IMG/VR virus record: IMGVR_UViG_3300022909_000024
Coordinates: 1 to 58,858 of that record
Length of the DNA stretch: 58,858 nucleotides
Source: a virus
Lineage: Duplodnaviria; Caudoviricetes
Strand: one strand, 5' to 3'
Shown here: positions 56,891 to 58,858 of the stretch, one piece after another
Position numbering within the stretch: position 1 is the stretch's first letter
Layout of the letters: the number at the start of each line of letters is the position of its first letter
Made by a program: the position numbers and the translations under genes
Notes under the pieces: generated by a model
What the model was told of the DNA's origin: nothing
The model's database searches: none
What the model saw: only the letters and a program-made list of their open reading frames with translations

Positions 56891-57154
56891 ATGAGCGAAC
56901 AACAGGAGCAGCAACCCATCATTCTAACCATTGACGATCAGGAGTATGACGTTAATGAGCTTGGCAACGATTCCAAGATCCACTACGTCGAGGTGGTTAA
57001 CTTGCGTAAACAGATTGCTGATTTGCAGAATCAAATTGCGGCAGCACAACAGCAGAGCGTTAACTTACAAGTTGCACTAGGATTCCGCGAGAATGCGTTA
57101 CGCGAATCAATCCAAGTGGTTGAAGAAATAGAACCGGAAACGGATGCAGGATAA
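56891..57154 (+). CDS. Coiled-coil hypothetical protein
   Basis: AGGAGG RBS, 87 aa. Confidence 0.65.
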   Translation: MSEQQEQQPIILTIDDQEYDVNELGNDSKIHYVEVVNLRKQIADLQNQIAAAQQQSVNLQVALGFRENALRESIQVVEEIEPETDAG

Positions 57155-57354
57155 TGGCCGAGACTCATGCAAGCAAAGCGTTAAAGAAAATCGAGATTCA
57201 TGAAGCTGAATGCGTTTTGCGTTATGCCGCTATCAAAGAACGGTTAGACTCCGGGTCAGAACGTTTCGATAAATTAGAGCGTATGATCTGGGGTATCTAC
57301 CCCGTCATGATTACTTCGTTAATAGCTATTGTTGGTTTGGTACTAACACAATGA
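57154..57354 (+). CDS. Small protein with C-terminal TM helix (lysis region)
   Basis: HEAECVLRY...FDKLERMIWGIY plus TM helix. Confidence 0.6.
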   Translation: MAETHASKALKKIEIHEAECVLRYAAIKERLDSGSERFDKLERMIWGIYPVMITSLIAIVGLVLTQ

Positions 57355-57824
57355 AATTTGAAGCTATTAAAGGGTTAATTGGTGCGGTAGCACCTACCCT
57401 TGGTCAAGCCCTTGGTGGGCCTCTAGGGGGCGCTGCGGCACAAACCATCGCCAGTGTGCTGGGTTGCAAGCCTGACGAGAGAAGCATTGCTAATGCAGTA
57501 CAATCGGCTACCCCAGAGCAGTTAGCTGAGATTAAAAAGGCTGAACTAGATTTTCAGGTTCAGATGAAGAAGTTAGACGTAGATGTATTCGCACTGGAAG
57601 CAGAAGATGTACAACACGCTAGGGCAGCGTTTAAAGGTGATTGGACGCCAAAGTTTATTGCGGTTGCGTGCGTCATTTTCTTTGGTGGGTATATCGCGCT
57701 GGTTACGATTCAAGATCCTTCTGCGAATGACGATGGGATTGTTAATCTTGTTCTTGGGTATTTGGGCGGTATCGTCTCATCTATTATCAGTTTCTACTAT
57801 GGCGCATCACACAAGCACGAATAA
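57351..57824 (+). CDS. Probable holin-like membrane protein
   Basis: APTLGQALGGPLGG, two TM helices, FYYGAS; upstream of the lysozyme. Confidence 0.6.
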   Translation: MKFEAIKGLIGAVAPTLGQALGGPLGGAAAQTIASVLGCKPDERSIANAVQSATPEQLAEIKKAELDFQVQMKKLDVDVFALEAEDVQHARAAFKGDWTPKFIAVACVIFFGGYIALVTIQDPSANDDGIVNLVLGYLGGIVSSIISFYYGASHKHE

Positions 57825-58249
57825 TGAATAGACTAGTAAACATGTTAAAGCGGCACGAAGGCGTTAGAGATAAGGTCTATATGTGCTCTGCGGGTTACGA
57901 AACTATTGGTGTTGGTAGGAACATATCAGAATCTGGCCTTGGTCTTTCTGAAGACGAAATAGATTATTTGTTGAATAACGACATAAAACGTTGCCGCGAA
58001 GAGTTGACGATTGAATATGAGTGGTTCTCAAAGCTAGATAGTGTGCGTCAAGAAGCCTTAATAGACCTGTCATTTAATATTGGTCAGACCAAGTTACGTA
58101 AGTTTGTTAAAGCCTTGGGGCACATGGCTGATGGTAACTACGAAGAGGCTGGACAAGAGTTCTATCGTAGCCGCTGGGCAGAGCAAGTAGGTGACCGATC
58201 ATTAGAAATTTGCCAGATGATTAGTTCTGGGGAGTATCAAAAACGATGA
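57824..58249 (+). CDS. Endolysin, GH24 (T4 lysozyme-like)
   Basis: HEG.R...Y.C..G..TIGVGRN catalytic region; SRWAEQVGDR. Confidence 0.85.
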   Translation: MNRLVNMLKRHEGVRDKVYMCSAGYETIGVGRNISESGLGLSEDEIDYLLNNDIKRCREELTIEYEWFSKLDSVRQEALIDLSFNIGQTKLRKFVKALGHMADGNYEEAGQEFYRSRWAEQVGDRSLEICQMISSGEYQKR

Positions 58250-58458
58250 AAACGTCTCATGTACCTAGAGTAAACGACGAAGGTAATGTTGAACCCGCGC
58301 ACACCATTGAGATTTTATGTGCCGAATGTGGATATGATATAGACGAAAGCGAGTTAGAGGCAGATACTTGTTCTGATTGCGGTGCTTCACTAAACTTGAA
58401 GCAGAATACGTCTATTGTAGTAACAACCCTACCGCCAGCGTTTGGTGAATCAATGTGA
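58246..58458 (+). CDS. Small Zn-ribbon protein
   Basis: CAECG...CSDCG. Confidence 0.6.
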   Translation: MKTSHVPRVNDEGNVEPAHTIEILCAECGYDIDESELEADTCSDCGASLNLKQNTSIVVTTLPPAFGESM

Positions 58459-58468
58459 CGGGTTATGT

Positions 58469-58858
58469 ATGCCATTACAAAAATTAGCGTTAAAACCGGG
58501 GGTTAATCGAGAGAATACCCGATACACCAGCGAAGGTGGGTGGTACGAATCCGATAAGATTCGCTTTCGGCAAGGTACACCGGAAAAGATTGGTGGGTGG
58601 CAGCGTATATCGGATGCTACCTTTCTTGGTGTCTGTCGATCCTTGTGGAACTGGGTCACGCTAGGTAGTCAAAACCTGATTGGTGTCGGCACTAACCTGA
58701 AGTTTTACCTTGAGAATGGCGGCGCATACAACGACATAACACCTTTACGTAACACCGTAAGCCTTACTGACCCGTTTACTACCACCAATGGTTCCCCTAC
58801 GGTAAGTGTTGTAGACACTAATGGGGGCTACATTTCAGGTGATTTTGTTACGTTTTCG
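58469..58858 (+). CDS. 5' part of the tail hub/nozzle gene that continues at base 1
   Basis: Open frame from ATG 58469 to the window end, in frame with 1-1632. Confidence 0.75.
   Translation, partial: MPLQKLALKPGVNRENTRYTSEGGWYESDKIRFRQGTPEKIGGWQRISDATFLGVCRSLWNWVTLGSQNLIGVGTNLKFYLENGGAYNDITPLRNTVSLTDPFTTTNGSPTVSVVDTNGGYISGDFVTFS
58691..58858. repeat. Terminal direct repeat, copy 2
   Basis: Matches 1-168 with two mismatches. Confidence 0.95.

Noticed and set aside
1-58858. tRNA genes, alternative genetic code, named host or taxon
   Set aside because: No tRNA cloverleaf noticed by eye; genes are intact under the standard code with all three stops used; host and taxonomy cannot be assigned without searches

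Overview
The window looks like a complete, circularly assembled dsDNA tailed-phage genome of about 58.7 kb. Bases 1-168 recur at 58691-58858 with two mismatches, and one tail gene runs across the junction. There are two divergent arms. The leftward arm (37250 to 17446) carries early genes, including a MoxR-type AAA ATPase plus VWA/metallopeptidase pair and HTH proteins, followed by replication genes: family A DNA polymerase with Leu at the 762 position, Cas4-like PD-(D/E)XK nuclease, SNF2 helicase, two adjacent SSB-like genes and a RepB/AEP primase-helicase. The rightward arm (37633 across the junction to 17444) carries terminase, portal, GroES-like co-chaperonin, scaffold, capsid, a cluster of small basic proteins, tail and fibre genes, lysis genes and large probable ejection proteins, a podovirus-like layout. 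I recognised no integrase, tRNA, CRISPR array or reverse transcriptase. The most notable unexplained signals are: (1) a hydrophobic-x-x-G-G motif shared by predicted internal-head proteins that separates the modules of an apparent polyprotein; (2) six copies of a 20-bp palindrome TGTTAGGGA-NN-TCCCTAACA in the early arm, most with a tandem duplication on the same side; (3) four co-oriented GATACCAGTTCC elements; (4) several structured intergenic RNAs, including a candidate anti-Shine-Dalgarno sRNA; (5) an origin-like region. All product calls come from motif recognition by eye, not from database searches.
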